A DNA stretch of 64,000 nt from an archaeon (GCA_043810595.1 JBDRNX010000031.1:25443-89442); one strand, 5' to 3'. Counted from the first letter of the stretch, positions 17,727-28,563 are shown. The notes: generated by a model not told the origin, from the letters alone. Program-made: numbers and translations.

Positions 17727-17876
17727 TTATTTCTTTTTTGCCTTTTTCTTCTTATCTTCTTCTTCCAGTATTAATGCTCCTATATACCCACATTTCTTGC
17801 ATATGTATTTTCCGAAGTGCGCGCCCATGTACAGGGTTATGTCTTCGGATTTGCATTTTGGGCATTTCAGAACCAT
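17727..17876 (-). CDS. Small zinc-ribbon protein overlapping the 3' end of the PolD large subunit gene
   Basis: 49 aa: MVLKCPKCKSEDITLYMGAHFGKYICKKCGYIGALILEEEDKKKKAKKK with CPKC...CKKC; overlaps the DP2 stop by about 10 nt. Confidence 0.4.
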   Translation of the reverse strand: MVLKCPKCKSEDITLYMGAHFGKYICKKCGYIGALILEEEDKKKKAKKK

Positions 17877-20800
17877 TTGCCCAGGGCCTCTTGTTTGTCT
17901 ACTTCTTTTCCGAATACGCTGTCTATCCTGTTTTTGGTCAACTCTAGGGTTTGTCTCAAGTAGGGTGGAAGCGAGTATTTCTCTGCCAAGAACAGTGATG
18001 GCGCCAGGTATTTTATGATGCTTCCTTGTGATATCGTAAATATTATCCTTCCTCCGCATTTGCATCTTCCAGTTAATGGAGGTCTTCTGTATTTCTGGTT
18101 GCAGTCTACGCATCTGAATTGTTGCATTGAGAATTTTCTCAGGTTTCCTCTTATGTCCCTGAGTAGGTGCTTTTCTATCACCAGTCTTGCTACGTCTGCT
18201 TCGTCTACTGCCCTTATTTTTTCTGCTAGCTGTAATTGTTTCATTATTTTTTCCAGCATGGTTGGTATGTTTTTGTATGCGCTTCTTCTTGTTCCATCGT
18301 TTATGTCCGTTGTGTCATGCGTGAATCCGTAATCGTAGTATTGTTTTTCTGTTCCCAGTCTTGATTTTAGTTGTTCTATTTGTATTTCCCAGGGGTATTT
18401 GTATTCTTGTGCTGCTTCGTACAGCTCTAGGGGGTACTCGTATACGACGTCCATGTCAAATACCATGTCGTCTACTTCTGTGGGTATTATTTTTGATGAT
18501 TGCACTAGCGGTGCGTCCTGTACAGATCCCCTGTGGGAGGGCAGGTAGCTTCTCGAGAAGTTTATTAGTGCATCTAGCAGTAGTATTACGCATGCCTCAT
18601 CTCCATCTGCATCTCTTCTCATCAGGCTGTGGTAGAGTGGGTGTGCCATGAATCCTTGTGTTTTTGAGAATCCTATTATTCTTGCTACCACTCCTGCTGA
18701 TGTGTGGGGGCTCATTCCAAGTACAAGGTGTCCAACCAGTTCTTTTTCTGTCTTTAGGTTGTAGAATTTTTTCATTCCGTAGAGTCTTAGTAGCATTTCG
18801 TCTATGAATTTTGATACCCTGAATAGTACTTTGTCCGCTCCTTCCTCTGGTCCTTCTGTGAATCCCGGTAGTACTACGTCTTGTGGTTTTAGTTCTAGTA
18901 TTTGGTCGTCTCTTTCCAGTTTCTTGTCGTATATGTCTTTTTCGTAGCCCAGTTCTTTTAGTTTTGCTACGCTTATTCCTATTTCTTTTGGCTTGAAGTG
19001 TGTGAGCACAGTTTCTGTCATGTCATACCTTATTGTTCCGTCTTTGTTTACGTATACTTTGTTTATCGCTCTCAGGATTCCCTTAGCCAGGTTTTCTGGT
19101 ATGTGGTTTTTGTTTGATGTTCCCCTTACTCCTTTGATCACGGGGGGTATGTTTTTTGTTTTTATTTTTTTGATTGCTTGATCGAAGTAGTATTTTATGT
19201 CTATTTCTTGTGTTTTGTAGTTCTGGTTTTTTCCGTGTTCTCCGCATTGGTCTGTTTCGTAGTCTTTTTTGCATCTCGGGCAGTGGTAGAGTTTCTTTGT
19301 TTTTTCTCCGCATTGCTCGCAGATTGGGTATATGGTTGTTTTGTTGCATTTTTCGCATTTGTGTATCGGGAAGTCTCCTGTCACTTTTCCCTTTTCTATA
19401 GCCGTTTTGAAGTTTCTCATCTTTCCGCCTTCTTGTCCCACCGGGAATAGTACTTGCGGGCTTCCGTCCATCTCTCTCTGTTTTGCTTTTTCAGGCCTTC
19501 CCATCCTCGCTCCTATGAACGTTCCTGACTTGTCTCTTATGGTTATTCCTGAGATTGCATTCACTATTTCCAGCACGTTTTCAGTTTCCATGCCGTTTAT
19601 TTTTTGCACTACCTCATCTACGTGGTTGAATTCATCTAATCCCAGTGCTGCCAGCAGTGCTGTTACTTCGTCTCCCTTTATTGTTATGTTTTCTTTTGCT
19701 GTTACAGTATGGGGTAATCCTAGAAGTTCTAGTGCTCTTTTCGGGTCTTTTCCCTCTACGTCGCTTGTTACGTCGTAGACGTATGGCAGTGTTATTTTGT
19801 CTTTTTCTGTTTTGCCTTGTTTTATCCAGTTCAACAGCGTTAGCAGTTGTTTTTTGTTTATTTCTTTCCAATGGTATGTGTGTTTTGGATGCAGCGGCAC
19901 TTTGTTTTGTCTTGCTATTTTTATTGATTCTTCTATGTCGTTTACTTCTTTTTTTATCCCTGCTTTTTCGAGTTCTTTCTTGTACCACTCCTCATTATAG
20001 CCGCAAGGTACTAGTCTGTGAGCCCTGTTGAAGAAATCACCATAATTTATGAGTATGTCCCCTAGGAATATTATTTCTTCGACATCTTTGACGTATTTTC
20101 TTGCTTTCTCTTCAGTGTCTAGCATCATTACTGATCCGTTTTTCAGCTTCACAGTTGGTCCTTCTATTTGGTCGCATACTGCTATTGCTGTCGCTTTTCC
20201 CGGTCTTTCCATTTTTAGTTGGGTTCCTATTGCTACGAAGTCGTCCATCACTGCCATGCTCGCAGGGTGTACTGCATCAGAGCTGAACCCCGAGTTTCTG
20301 CATCTTCCGTACCTTAGTCTGAATCCGCCTTTTCTTAGCGGGTGTGTGAGTACCGGTCTTCCTCCCACAAGGTCGTGTATGAACGTGTAGTCTGGTTTGA
20401 TTTTTTCTTGTGCCCCCTCTTCTCCTTGTGCTTTGCTTTTTTTCTGTATTTCTAGGAATTCGTCAAGGAAGTCCCATTGTTCAAGTTCAAAGTCTTTTCC
20501 CCATTTTTTAAGCTGTGTGTTTACTTTCTTTGCTTTTTGTGCCAAACATTCTGCTAGAACTAAGCATGGCCCGTTCCTTATTCTGTTGGTTCCTATTCTT
20601 TTCAAATCCTTGTAGTTGCTTACCTCATATTTTTCTGAAGGGTCGCCGTCAATTTGTACTGGCAGTTTTTTTATCAAAAATCTTAGTTCTTCTTCGCTAG
20701 GGTAGTATTGTAGGTTGGTTACTCTATCATGGTAATCGTATACTTCTGTTACGTTCCTGTTCAGTTCTTCTTCTGTGATGTCATATGCCTCATATCCCAT

Positions 20801-21319
20801 CTTCTTTCTTATGTAGTCAGCTATTAACACTGATACTGATGCTCCTGTTCCTCCTGCGCTTCTTACGGGTCCTGAGTACATTAACGCAAAATAATTTTTT
20901 CCGTCTCTTCTCTGTCTTATTTGTAGTTCAACAAAGCCTTCTAGTGGTGATGCTACTACTCCTACTGTTGCGTATGCAAACCCTACCCTTATTCCTATTT
21001 CCATGGCTTCTCTTTCGTCTTTGAATTTGCAGAATTTTTGTTGTGTTACTTCTAGTGCTACTGTTAGTGCTACTCTCCAGTCTAGTGTGCCATACTGCTT
21101 TTCGAGTTCGTGTATTCTTTGTACCACTCCAGAACCTTTGATTTGCGGTGCTACTGCGCTTATCAGTCCTTCTACTCTTTCTGCCATGTTAGCTGCAAGT
21201 GGTATTTCTACGTAATCTAGAGGGTCGTGGCCTTTTTTTCTTGCTTCTTCAGCTGTTTTGTAGCATTTTTGCAGTTCGAGGTCTAGATTCTCAAAATATT
21301 TGTCTATTTCTGTAGGCAT
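17867..21319 (-). CDS. polC: DNA polymerase II (PolD) large subunit DP2
   Basis: 1150 aa; DP2 catalytic region RRDADGDEACVILLLD and multiple Cys4 zinc modules; no intein-sized insertion. Confidence 0.9.
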   Translation of the reverse strand: MPTEIDKYFENLDLELQKCYKTAEEARKKGHDPLDYVEIPLAANMAERVEGLISAVAPQIKGSGVVQRIHELEKQYGTLDWRVALTVALEVTQQKFCKFKDEREAMEIGIRVGFAYATVGVVASPLEGFVELQIRQRRDGKNYFALMYSGPVRSAGGTGASVSVLIADYIRKKMGYEAYDITEEELNRNVTEVYDYHDRVTNLQYYPSEEELRFLIKKLPVQIDGDPSEKYEVSNYKDLKRIGTNRIRNGPCLVLAECLAQKAKKVNTQLKKWGKDFELEQWDFLDEFLEIQKKSKAQGEEGAQEKIKPDYTFIHDLVGGRPVLTHPLRKGGFRLRYGRCRNSGFSSDAVHPASMAVMDDFVAIGTQLKMERPGKATAIAVCDQIEGPTVKLKNGSVMMLDTEEKARKYVKDVEEIIFLGDILINYGDFFNRAHRLVPCGYNEEWYKKELEKAGIKKEVNDIEESIKIARQNKVPLHPKHTYHWKEINKKQLLTLLNWIKQGKTEKDKITLPYVYDVTSDVEGKDPKRALELLGLPHTVTAKENITIKGDEVTALLAALGLDEFNHVDEVVQKINGMETENVLEIVNAISGITIRDKSGTFIGARMGRPEKAKQREMDGSPQVLFPVGQEGGKMRNFKTAIEKGKVTGDFPIHKCEKCNKTTIYPICEQCGEKTKKLYHCPRCKKDYETDQCGEHGKNQNYKTQEIDIKYYFDQAIKKIKTKNIPPVIKGVRGTSNKNHIPENLAKGILRAINKVYVNKDGTIRYDMTETVLTHFKPKEIGISVAKLKELGYEKDIYDKKLERDDQILELKPQDVVLPGFTEGPEEGADKVLFRVSKFIDEMLLRLYGMKKFYNLKTEKELVGHLVLGMSPHTSAGVVARIIGFSKTQGFMAHPLYHSLMRRDADGDEACVILLLDALINFSRSYLPSHRGSVQDAPLVQSSKIIPTEVDDMVFDMDVVYEYPLELYEAAQEYKYPWEIQIEQLKSRLGTEKQYYDYGFTHDTTDINDGTRRSAYKNIPTMLEKIMKQLQLAEKIRAVDEADVARLVIEKHLLRDIRGNLRKFSMQQFRCVDCNQKYRRPPLTGRCKCGGRIIFTISQGSIIKYLAPSLFLAEKYSLPPYLRQTLELTKNRIDSVFGKEVDKQEALGKWF

Positions 21320-21398
21320 GTAGAATGATTACCCCCTTTCCCTACTGCTTTATTCCTTTGTTGTTTTTATTGTTTTTGGTTTTATAGAATAATAGTTT

Positions 21399-23036
21399 TT
21401 AACTCGAGAACTTCAGCATTCTCATTTCCCTAGTCTTCAGGTTGATTATTGGTACTCTTGAAGGTTCTGGGTGGTGTCCTGTTTTTTCTTGGAATGCTGT
21501 TTTTGATTGCCAGCAGCTCGCACATATCGTTGTTATGTTGTTATAACTGGATATTGCTGCTCTGTGTATGTGTCCCGTTACAAATAAATCTGGTACCTTG
21601 TTTATTACCATTATGTCTTTTTTTGTGTCCGGTATGTACAGGTTAGATCCGTGTGTTGGTGCTAGGTGTCTTTTTTGTAGTAAGAATCTCATTATCAGTT
21701 CTGGTTTGTCATACCCCCCATTCATTCTTATGTAATCTACGTTGCTCGCGTAGTAGTCAAAGCTGTAACCATGGTATAATAGAACGTCAAATCCGGGGAA
21801 GTCTTTTGATGATTGTATGTTTACGACGGCAGGGTTGCTTACCATCATGATGTTTGGTAGTTTTAACAGGTCTGGTGCCATCTCTTCTGTTAGTGGCGGT
21901 TGCGGTTCTGATATTCTCAGTGCGTCGTGGTTGCCTGGGCAGATTATTATTTTCACGTCTTTTCTTATCAGGCCTAGGAGTTCTGCTGCTTTCTCGTATT
22001 GTTTTCTTATGTCGCTTATCGCTAGTTCCTTATCCTGTTCCGGGTATATTCCCACGCCGTCTACCAAATCCCCAACTATGAACATGTATCTTGTTTTTTT
22101 TGCCATTTCTTTTTGTTCCCTGTTTCCGCTTTTGCAGTTTATCCAGTTGATGAATCTCGTGAAGTCCTTTGCTAGGAATAGGTTGCTTCCTATGTGCAGG
22201 TCTGCTGTGAATACCGCGTATGTTTCATCTGGCGCTTTTCTTATCTCTTTTGTTAGTGGCACGTCTGGTGTTAGGATTTCGTTTGCAAATATCACTTGTC
22301 CGCTTAGAGTTCCTCTTATTCCCACCACTTCATCTGTGACCAGGTTTTTTGTGAGGTTTATGAGTTCGTTTTTGTTTTTGTTTATTATTACTGTTATTTG
22401 TCCTGTTGGGTCTTCTACTGTTAGGGTTGCTCCGCCGTTTTTTGTTGTTCTTTTTTCTATTATCATCCCTATGATTTCTGTTCTTGGTATTTTTGTCTTG
22501 CCGCTCAGTCTGTTTATCGATACCACGTTCTGCAGGTCTGATCTGTTTTGCAGTATTTCTTTGAGTGAGTTGTATCTTGCTTTGAAGTGGCTTACGAAGT
22601 CTTTTACATCTCTTTTCTGGGCATCTTCGTTGTAGGATTCCAGCACTATGACATTATGTTCTATTCCATCTCCGTTTGTTATTTCCAAGGTTTCTTCTGG
22701 TTGTTTTATCTCTTCCAGTATGGTGTCGAGTTTTTCTTTTTTCTCTTCGTCTATGTTGTATTCCATCAAGTCCAAGAATGTCTCGTAGACTTTTCCGTTC
22801 TTTCCCTTTTCCATGAGGGCTCTTGATCTTTCGAATTCTGTCCAGTTTATTATCAATGGTTTTCTTGTTTTTTTGAGCACTTTATGTAAATCCCTGTTTA
22901 TCACTAGAGGTTTTGTTGCTGTTCTTATTTTTTTATCGATGTCTTGTAAGAATTTTTCGTCGAGCTCTTCTTCCATTAGGTCTGGACTTATGAGGTAACC
23001 TTGTTCTATGAAGTTTTTTATGAGCTCTTCCTTCAT
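21399..23036 (-). CDS. polB: DNA polymerase II (PolD) small subunit DP1 (calcineurin-like phosphoesterase)
   Basis: OB-fold N-terminal region; phosphoesterase motifs DLHIGS, GDLVDG, GNHD, GHIH. Confidence 0.9.
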   Translation of the reverse strand: MKEELIKNFIEQGYLISPDLMEEELDEKFLQDIDKKIRTATKPLVINRDLHKVLKKTRKPLIINWTEFERSRALMEKGKNGKVYETFLDLMEYNIDEEKKEKLDTILEEIKQPEETLEITNGDGIEHNVIVLESYNEDAQKRDVKDFVSHFKARYNSLKEILQNRSDLQNVVSINRLSGKTKIPRTEIIGMIIEKRTTKNGGATLTVEDPTGQITVIINKNKNELINLTKNLVTDEVVGIRGTLSGQVIFANEILTPDVPLTKEIRKAPDETYAVFTADLHIGSNLFLAKDFTRFINWINCKSGNREQKEMAKKTRYMFIVGDLVDGVGIYPEQDKELAISDIRKQYEKAAELLGLIRKDVKIIICPGNHDALRISEPQPPLTEEMAPDLLKLPNIMMVSNPAVVNIQSSKDFPGFDVLLYHGYSFDYYASNVDYIRMNGGYDKPELIMRFLLQKRHLAPTHGSNLYIPDTKKDIMVINKVPDLFVTGHIHRAAISSYNNITTICASCWQSKTAFQEKTGHHPEPSRVPIINLKTREMRMLKFSS

Positions 23037-24241
23037 AGATTCAGGCCCTCTTTGAGTGTTTTTGTTATCTCGTCCATCGTTGTTTCTGGCAGGTCTAGTC
23101 TTATCTCCCTGGTTCTTCCGTATCTTCCTTTGGATATCACTTTGGTGTTTATGATTCCCAGCATGTCTAACTCTGCTATGATGTCTGACACTCTTCTCTG
23201 CGTTAAGGGCCTTACTCCTGTTTTCAAGCTATGTCTTTTGTATGTATCGTATATGTCTCCTGTGAATATTTTTTGTCCGTCGTTTTTGCTAAGTTCCAGT
23301 ATTGAGTATGTCACTAGTTTGAATTGTTTTGGGTTTATTTTTACTGCTTCTATTATTCTGTCCCTGTCTATTTTTTCTTCTGCTTGGTCCAGGTTTTTGA
23401 TTAGTATTTTTTCTTGGTTGTTTCTTTCTGCTAATTCGCCTGCCACCCTGAGCAGTTCTATCGCTCTTCTTGCATCTCCGTGCTCTCTTGCCGCGTATGC
23501 TGCGCACTTCTCGATTAACCCCCCTTCTAGCACATCATCTTTTAACGCCATCCTTGTTCTCTGTCTCAGTATACTCTGTAGTTGTATGGCGTTGTACGGC
23601 TCGAATAGTATTTCTTCTTCTGACAGTGAGCTTTTTACTCTCGCATCAAGTTCGTTTGTGAATTTCAGGTCGTTTGATATTCCTATCAGGCTTACCACGC
23701 TGTGTTTCAGTTCTGTGTTTATTCTTGTTAGTGTGTATAGAATTTCGTCGTTTATTTTTTTGACGAGCTGATCTATTTCATCAAGTATTATTATGAGCAT
23801 TATTTTTTGTTCTTCTATCATTTTTAGGAATACGTCATACACGTCTTTTGTTGGCAGTCCTGTAGTTGCTACTTTTCCCCCCATCTCCTGTATTACTTGT
23901 GCTATTAGTCTGTATTCTGTGTCTGCTACCCTTTGTAGTTTACAGTTTAAGTATATTATTTTTAGGGGCACGTTGTTTTTCTGTGCCATTTCTTCTATTT
24001 CTCTTGTTACGTATTTTATTACTACGGTCTTTCCTGTGCCTGTTTTTCCATATATGAATAGGTTGGATGGTTTTTCTTTTCTTAAAGCTGGTGCTAGTAT
24101 GCTTGCTACCTCTTCCATTTGTTTTTTTCTGTGTGGTATTTCCTTTGGCACATAGGTTGATTGAAGGTATTTTTTGTTTATGAACAAAGGATCCTTTTTG
24201 AGGTAGTTCTCTAAGAATTTACTTAACCCCGTTTCAGACAT
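23033..24241 (-). CDS. cdc6: Orc1/Cdc6 replication initiator (AAA+ with winged helix)
   Basis: Walker A GKTGTGKT, Walker B LIIILDEID and a C-terminal wHTH; 4-nt overlap with DP1, operon-like. Confidence 0.9.
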   Translation of the reverse strand: MSETGLSKFLENYLKKDPLFINKKYLQSTYVPKEIPHRKKQMEEVASILAPALRKEKPSNLFIYGKTGTGKTVVIKYVTREIEEMAQKNNVPLKIIYLNCKLQRVADTEYRLIAQVIQEMGGKVATTGLPTKDVYDVFLKMIEEQKIMLIIILDEIDQLVKKINDEILYTLTRINTELKHSVVSLIGISNDLKFTNELDARVKSSLSEEEILFEPYNAIQLQSILRQRTRMALKDDVLEGGLIEKCAAYAAREHGDARRAIELLRVAGELAERNNQEKILIKNLDQAEEKIDRDRIIEAVKINPKQFKLVTYSILELSKNDGQKIFTGDIYDTYKRHSLKTGVRPLTQRRVSDIIAELDMLGIINTKVISKGRYGRTREIRLDLPETTMDEITKTLKEGLNL

Positions 24242-24730
24242 CGTTTCCCCCTTTCCATATATTAGTCAAAATTTTTGAAAAAAATTTTAAAATTCATTAT
24301 GAGGAACTACTATGGTGTATTTAAAGATTTTTATTTTGTAAGTTGTATCACCTACCCCTTGTGTTCCATTGCACATTTCATTTTACAATTTTTCTTGTGT
24401 TTTGTTGTGTTATCATTTCTGAATTAAGAAATGTTGCTGAAAAGTAACACCATCCTTTCCTATGGAACTTTTCTTGAGTAATAACACTTTTTACTTTAAT
24501 ATATATATTTTATTCTATATATTATACTATAACACGGAAATATTTAAATAATAAATAGAAAATTTTTAATTGATAGATTACTAGAATTACGTCTTTTTAC
24601 CGTCTAATTTTACAAAATAGATACTTTTTGTCATTTTTGGATTACTAATTATATTTTTTGAATAGTTTTTTGTTGTTTTAGGGTTTTAGCTTCTGTATTG
24701 TGTATATTTTCTGGTATTTCCGTAAATTTT
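24242..24730. other. Candidate replication origin: AT-rich non-coding region with inverted ORB-like dyads flanking a putative DUE, upstream of cdc6-polD
   Basis: A 489-bp non-coding region. GTTCCATTGCACA at 24362-24374 (+) and GTTCCATAGGAAA on the reverse strand at 24453-24467 resemble the mini-ORB consensus TCCA..GGAAA. They flank an ~80-bp AT-rich stretch. Confidence 0.5.
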
Positions 24731-25705
24731 TTACTGATTTTTTCCATGAGAAATAGGGGTCTGGGGGTGTATTAGAAATCCCTTTAGTTTATCTGCACGG
24801 TCAAAAACTTTGTATTTGTTGTATGCTATCCTAAACATCAGTATTTTTTCATGTTTTAGCATATCCCTTTTGCTTAAGTATATTACAATTTCTTTTTTGT
24901 GCTCTTTTTCTATCTTTTCTAGTAGTTCGCTTTGTTGTTTTAATGTGTAGCCGCAGCTTTCTGTCAGATCGAAAACGTAGATTATTGTTTCTCCCAGGTG
25001 TTTCATTGCTGTGTGTGCTATTTTTTCTATGTCATTCATCTTGTCATACCTATTTAGTGTTCCTGGTGTGTCTATCACTTGCAGTTCTTTCCCTACATAG
25101 CCCATCATTATGTCTTTTGTTGTGAATGCGTATGGCTTTATTTCTACGTTTGCTTTTGTCAGCCTTTTTAATAGGGTTGATTTTCCTACGTTTGGGAATC
25201 CTGTTATGCATGCTGTTTTGATTTTGGTTTTTATGTTTGGTATCTCTTTTACCGCTCTTCTGGCTTCTTCCAGGTATTTGAGCACCCCCCCTATTTTTTT
25301 TATTAATGAGCTCATTCTTCCGTAGAATTCTCTCTTGTTTCTTTCTGCTTTTTGGTTGTTTTTGCTGAACCTTATTCTGTTCTTATAATCATTGTGGAGT
25401 TGTGCCGCTTTGTTTTTTGTCCAGTTAATTCTTCCCAGGGTCTCTTTCAGTTTTTTCGTTCCTATTTTTATTTCTATGAGTTCTCTGTAGAATTCTGCTA
25501 GTTGGTTTATGTTTGGGAATGTTTTTTCTATCTTGCTTAGGTCTTCGTAGATTGAGTCTTTTGCTGTTTTTATCTCTTCCATCAATCTTACTTTTATTTT
25601 CTTTTTCGGATCCTTTACTTTGACTTTTACTTTTCTGGCTCTGTTTATTGCCTTCCTCATGTAAAATTCTGGTTTTTCTATTTTCAGTTCGCCGAATGCC
25701 ATCAT
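24731..25705 (-). CDS. NOG1/Obg-type GTP-binding protein
   Basis: G1 GFPNVGKST, G3 DTPG, and the coiled N-terminal region typical of archaeal Nog1-like GTPases. Confidence 0.7.
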   Translation of the reverse strand: MMAFGELKIEKPEFYMRKAINRARKVKVKVKDPKKKIKVRLMEEIKTAKDSIYEDLSKIEKTFPNINQLAEFYRELIEIKIGTKKLKETLGRINWTKNKAAQLHNDYKNRIRFSKNNQKAERNKREFYGRMSSLIKKIGGVLKYLEEARRAVKEIPNIKTKIKTACITGFPNVGKSTLLKRLTKANVEIKPYAFTTKDIMMGYVGKELQVIDTPGTLNRYDKMNDIEKIAHTAMKHLGETIIYVFDLTESCGYTLKQQSELLEKIEKEHKKEIVIYLSKRDMLKHEKILMFRIAYNKYKVFDRADKLKGFLIHPQTPISHGKNQ

Positions 25706-25724
25706 TACCTTTATATATTAGTTA

Positions 25725-26057
25725 TTGTTACTATTTTTAAAACCTTTCGGAGGTAAAAAGAGGATGGATTGGCTTATTTTCATCATAGGTATGGTTGTTG
25801 GTGTTCTATTGTTTGAGGTGGCAAAGCATTTCTTTTTTAAGAGGACTGGTCGTCTGGTTTTGTTTCTTGTTATAGTGTTCATTCTTTTCATAATTTTCAG
25901 TGCCGTCTTTGCTAAGAATGATTTTTTTAAGGAGAATAAGTTTGTTCAGACAGGTGCTGCTATTGCGAACGTATTTTCGAAGAACACTGAGGGTGTGAGG
26001 CAGGAGGGTTTGGATAAGGGTTCTGGTTTATTTAACTCGACGTTTAAGCGTGAATAG
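25725..26057 (+). CDS. Small membrane protein
   Basis: 110 aa with two TM segments and host-like codon usage. Confidence 0.3.
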   Translation: MLLFLKPFGGKKRMDWLIFIIGMVVGVLLFEVAKHFFFKRTGRLVLFLVIVFILFIIFSAVFAKNDFFKENKFVQTGAAIANVFSKNTEGVRQEGLDKGSGLFNSTFKRE

Positions 26058-26121
26058 TTTTTTTGTAAACTAGAAATCTTTATAAACAAGTTGGCATATT
26101 TGAAGATGAGGAGGATTTAAA

Positions 26122-26391
26122 ATGGTTGACGAAGAGAGGGAGAAAAGGTACGCTAGACAGATCATGGGTAAGACCGTTGTTACGAAGTCTGGTAAGCGTT
26201 TTGGCGAAGTTAGTAACATTACTTTTGAGACTAGGACTGGTGAGTTGATCCAGATTGTTCTCAGGAATCCTACAAGTTATGCTCAGGGTCTTGATTTGGA
26301 AAGGGATAAGGGAGGTAATCTGACCATTCCTTTTTCGGCTGTCATGGCTATAGGCGACTTTGTTGTTGTTGCTGAAGAAGATATCGTTTAG
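26122..26391 (+). CDS. PRC-barrel domain protein
   Basis: 89 aa; the GKTVVTKSGKRFGEVSNITFE beta-rich pattern resembles the PRC-barrel ORF at 5566-5841. Confidence 0.5.
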   Translation: MVDEEREKRYARQIMGKTVVTKSGKRFGEVSNITFETRTGELIQIVLRNPTSYAQGLDLERDKGGNLTIPFSAVMAIGDFVVVAEEDIV

Positions 26392-26439
26392 GGCCTTAAA
26401 ACAAGTTTTATAAAGTTTTTTCTTTTAATATATTGTACT

Positions 26440-28305
26440 ATGCCCCGCAAGTATGAGTCTACAAAGGATATTAAGGTTTCTCCTGTGATTGCCGATCAGA
26501 TTATCGGTCAGGATGAGGCGGTTAATATTATTAAGAAGGCTGCTAGGCAGCGCCGCCACGTTCTCTTGATTGGTGATCCGGGTACTGGTAAGTCTATGAT
26601 TGGGCAGGCTCTGGCTGAGCTTCTGCCTAGGGAGCGTCTTAAGGACATTCTTTCAGTCCCTAATCCTACTGATGATAACGTCCCAATCATTAACACCGTT
26701 CCTAAGGGGGATGGTAAGATTCTTGTTACTAGGGCTAAGCTTCAGTCGATGTCTTCTTTCAAGAATCAGAGTGTTATCATGTTCCTCTTTGTTTTGGTGG
26801 TTTCCCTTCTTCCTTATTATTTTTGGCGTAAGGGTTACATTTCTGATATTATTTACGCAGCCAGCATGATTACCGGTATCGTTTTCATCGTTGGTTTTAT
26901 GATTTTCCTTAACTTGAATAAGCGTACTCGCAGCTCTTCAGTTATTGTGCCGAGGCTTCTTGTTGATAATTCTGATAAGGTTAAGGTTCCTTTTGTTGAT
27001 GCTACTGGTGCTCATGCCGGTGCCTTGCTTGGGGATGTTTTGCATGATCCTCTGCAGTCTGGCGGCTTTGGTACTCCTGCTTATGAGCGCTTGATTCCCG
27101 GTATGATTCACCGTGCTAACGGTGGTGTTTTGTTTATCGATGAGGTTGCTACCCTTTCGCGTAAGTCGCAGCAGGAGTTGCTTACAGTGACTCAGGAGAA
27201 GAAATACCCGATAACTGGTCAATCCGAGCGTTCTTCCGGTTCGATGGTTCGTTCTGAGCCTGTGCCTGCTGATTTTGTTTTGGTGGCGGCTGGTAACGTT
27301 GAGACTGTCCAGCACATGCATCCTGCTCTTCGCTCAAGGATTAGGGGTTATGGTTATGAGATTTACATGAATAACCACATGCCTGACACTCCTGAGAACA
27401 GGGATAAGATTGCTGTTTTCGTGGCCCAGGAGGTTACTAAGGATAAGAAGATCCCTCATTTCAGTAAGTCTGCTGTTGATGAGATAATTAATGAGGCTAA
27501 GCGTCGTGCTGACTCTTCTAACAGCCTTACCTTGAGGTTGAGGGAGCTTGGTGGCATTGTTCGTGCTGCGGGCGACCTTGCTTACGAGAAGGGTGCTAAG
27601 CTTGTGCAGCGTGAACATGTTCTTGGGGCTAAGCGTATTGCCCGTTCGCTTGAGCAGCAGATTGCTGATAGGTACATAGAGAACAAGAAGAAGTATGAAG
27701 TCATCGTTACTTCTGGTAGGCGTGTGGGTCGTGTTAACGGCTTGGCTGTTATCGGTTCTGGCTATGCCTTTTCAGGGGTTATCTTGCCTATCGAGTCCGA
27801 AGTTACTCTTGGTGGTAAGAGGGCTGAGTTTGTTGCTACTGGTCGTTTGGGTGAGATTGCTAGGGAGGCTGTTAAGAACGTTACAGCTATTATCTTGAAG
27901 TTTTTTGGTGAGGACATTAAGGAGAAGTATGACATTTATGTGCAGTTTTTGCAGACACAGGAGGGTGTTGAGGGTGACTCTGCTTCTATTGCTGTTGCTA
28001 CCGCTATCATTTCTGCTTTGAAGAAGCTTCCTGTTAAGCAGGATTTGGCTATGACTGGTTCGCTGTCTGTTCGTGGTGAGGTTCTTGCTGTTGGCGGTGT
28101 TACCTCTAAGATTGAGGCAGCTATAGAGGCGGGTATTCACACTGTAATAATTCCTAAATCTAATTTGAAAGATGTTGTTCTTTCCAAGGATGCGGCTTCT
28201 AAGGTGGATATAGTTCCTGTTTCTAATATCAGGGAAGTTTTGAAAGTGGCCTTGGATTGGAAGGGCAGGGAATCTATTTGGAGAAAGATTTCTAAATCAC
28301 AATAA
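26440..28305 (+). CDS. lon: Archaeal membrane-bound Lon protease (LonB)
   Basis: Walker [13 protein letters not shown], two TM helices inserted in the AAA domain, and a C-terminal S16 domain with the catalytic Ser context [15 protein letters not shown]. Confidence 0.9.
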   Translation: MPRKYESTKDIKVSPVIADQIIGQDEAVNIIKKAARQRRHVLLIGDPGTGKSMIGQALAELLPRERLKDILSVPNPTDDNVPIINTVPKGDGKILVTRAKLQSMSSFKNQSVIMFLFVLVVSLLPYYFWRKGYISDIIYAASMITGIVFIVGFMIFLNLNKRTRSSSVIVPRLLVDNSDKVKVPFVDATGAHAGALLGDVLHDPLQSGGFGTPAYERLIPGMIHRANGGVLFIDEVATLSRKSQQELLTVTQEKKYPITGQSERSSGSMVRSEPVPADFVLVAAGNVETVQHMHPALRSRIRGYGYEIYMNNHMPDTPENRDKIAVFVAQEVTKDKKIPHFSKSAVDEIINEAKRRADSSNSLTLRLRELGGIVRAAGDLAYEKGAKLVQREHVLGAKRIARSLEQQIADRYIENKKKYEVIVTSGRRVGRVNGLAVIGSGYAFSGVILPIESEVTLGGKRAEFVATGRLGEIAREAVKNVTAIILKFFGEDIKEKYDIYVQFLQTQEGVEGDSASIAVATAIISALKKLPVKQDLAMTGSLSVRGEVLAVGGVTSKIEAAIEAGIHTVIIPKSNLKDVVLSKDAASKVDIVPVSNIREVLKVALDWKGRESIWRKISKSQ

Positions 28306-28563
28306 ACCTTTGTATGCTTCGAATGCTTCTTTTGTTAGCGCCCACACCTTTTTTGTTTTGTACTCTCTTCCTGTCACCGCTTTTGGTACTTCTTTTACCA
28401 GTCCTCTCACTTTCATCTCGTTCAGCAGTCTTAGCGTGAACTCGTCGTCTCTGATTATTTCTTCTCCTATCCTGTACGTGGACAGCCCGGTTATGTTTTC
28501 GTATAGGACGCTTAGAATTTCTTCTTTGATTCTTTCCTCTCTTTTTTTGGATATCCTTGTCAT
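28297..28563 (-). CDS. Small winged-helix DNA-binding protein
   Basis: 88 aa; helix-turn-helix-like segment ([13 protein letters not shown]...[13 protein letters not shown]). Confidence 0.4.
   Translation of the reverse strand: MTRISKKREERIKEEILSVLYENITGLSTYRIGEEIIRDDEFTLRLLNEMKVRGLVKEVPKAVTGREYKTKKVWALTKEAFEAYKGLL

Noticed and set aside
17727-18113. Full 128-aa ORF from the track
   Set aside because: Most of it overlaps the PolD DP2 coding region out of frame. Only the C-terminal 49-aa zinc-ribbon portion starting at 17876 is plausible.
24242-24730. Hidden protein-coding gene or rRNA/ncRNA in the cdc6 upstream region
   Set aside because: No ORF of 60 aa or more, and I could not recognise rRNA, RNase P or SRP signatures. 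Origin plus promoter function is the more economical explanation, although a small ncRNA cannot be excluded.
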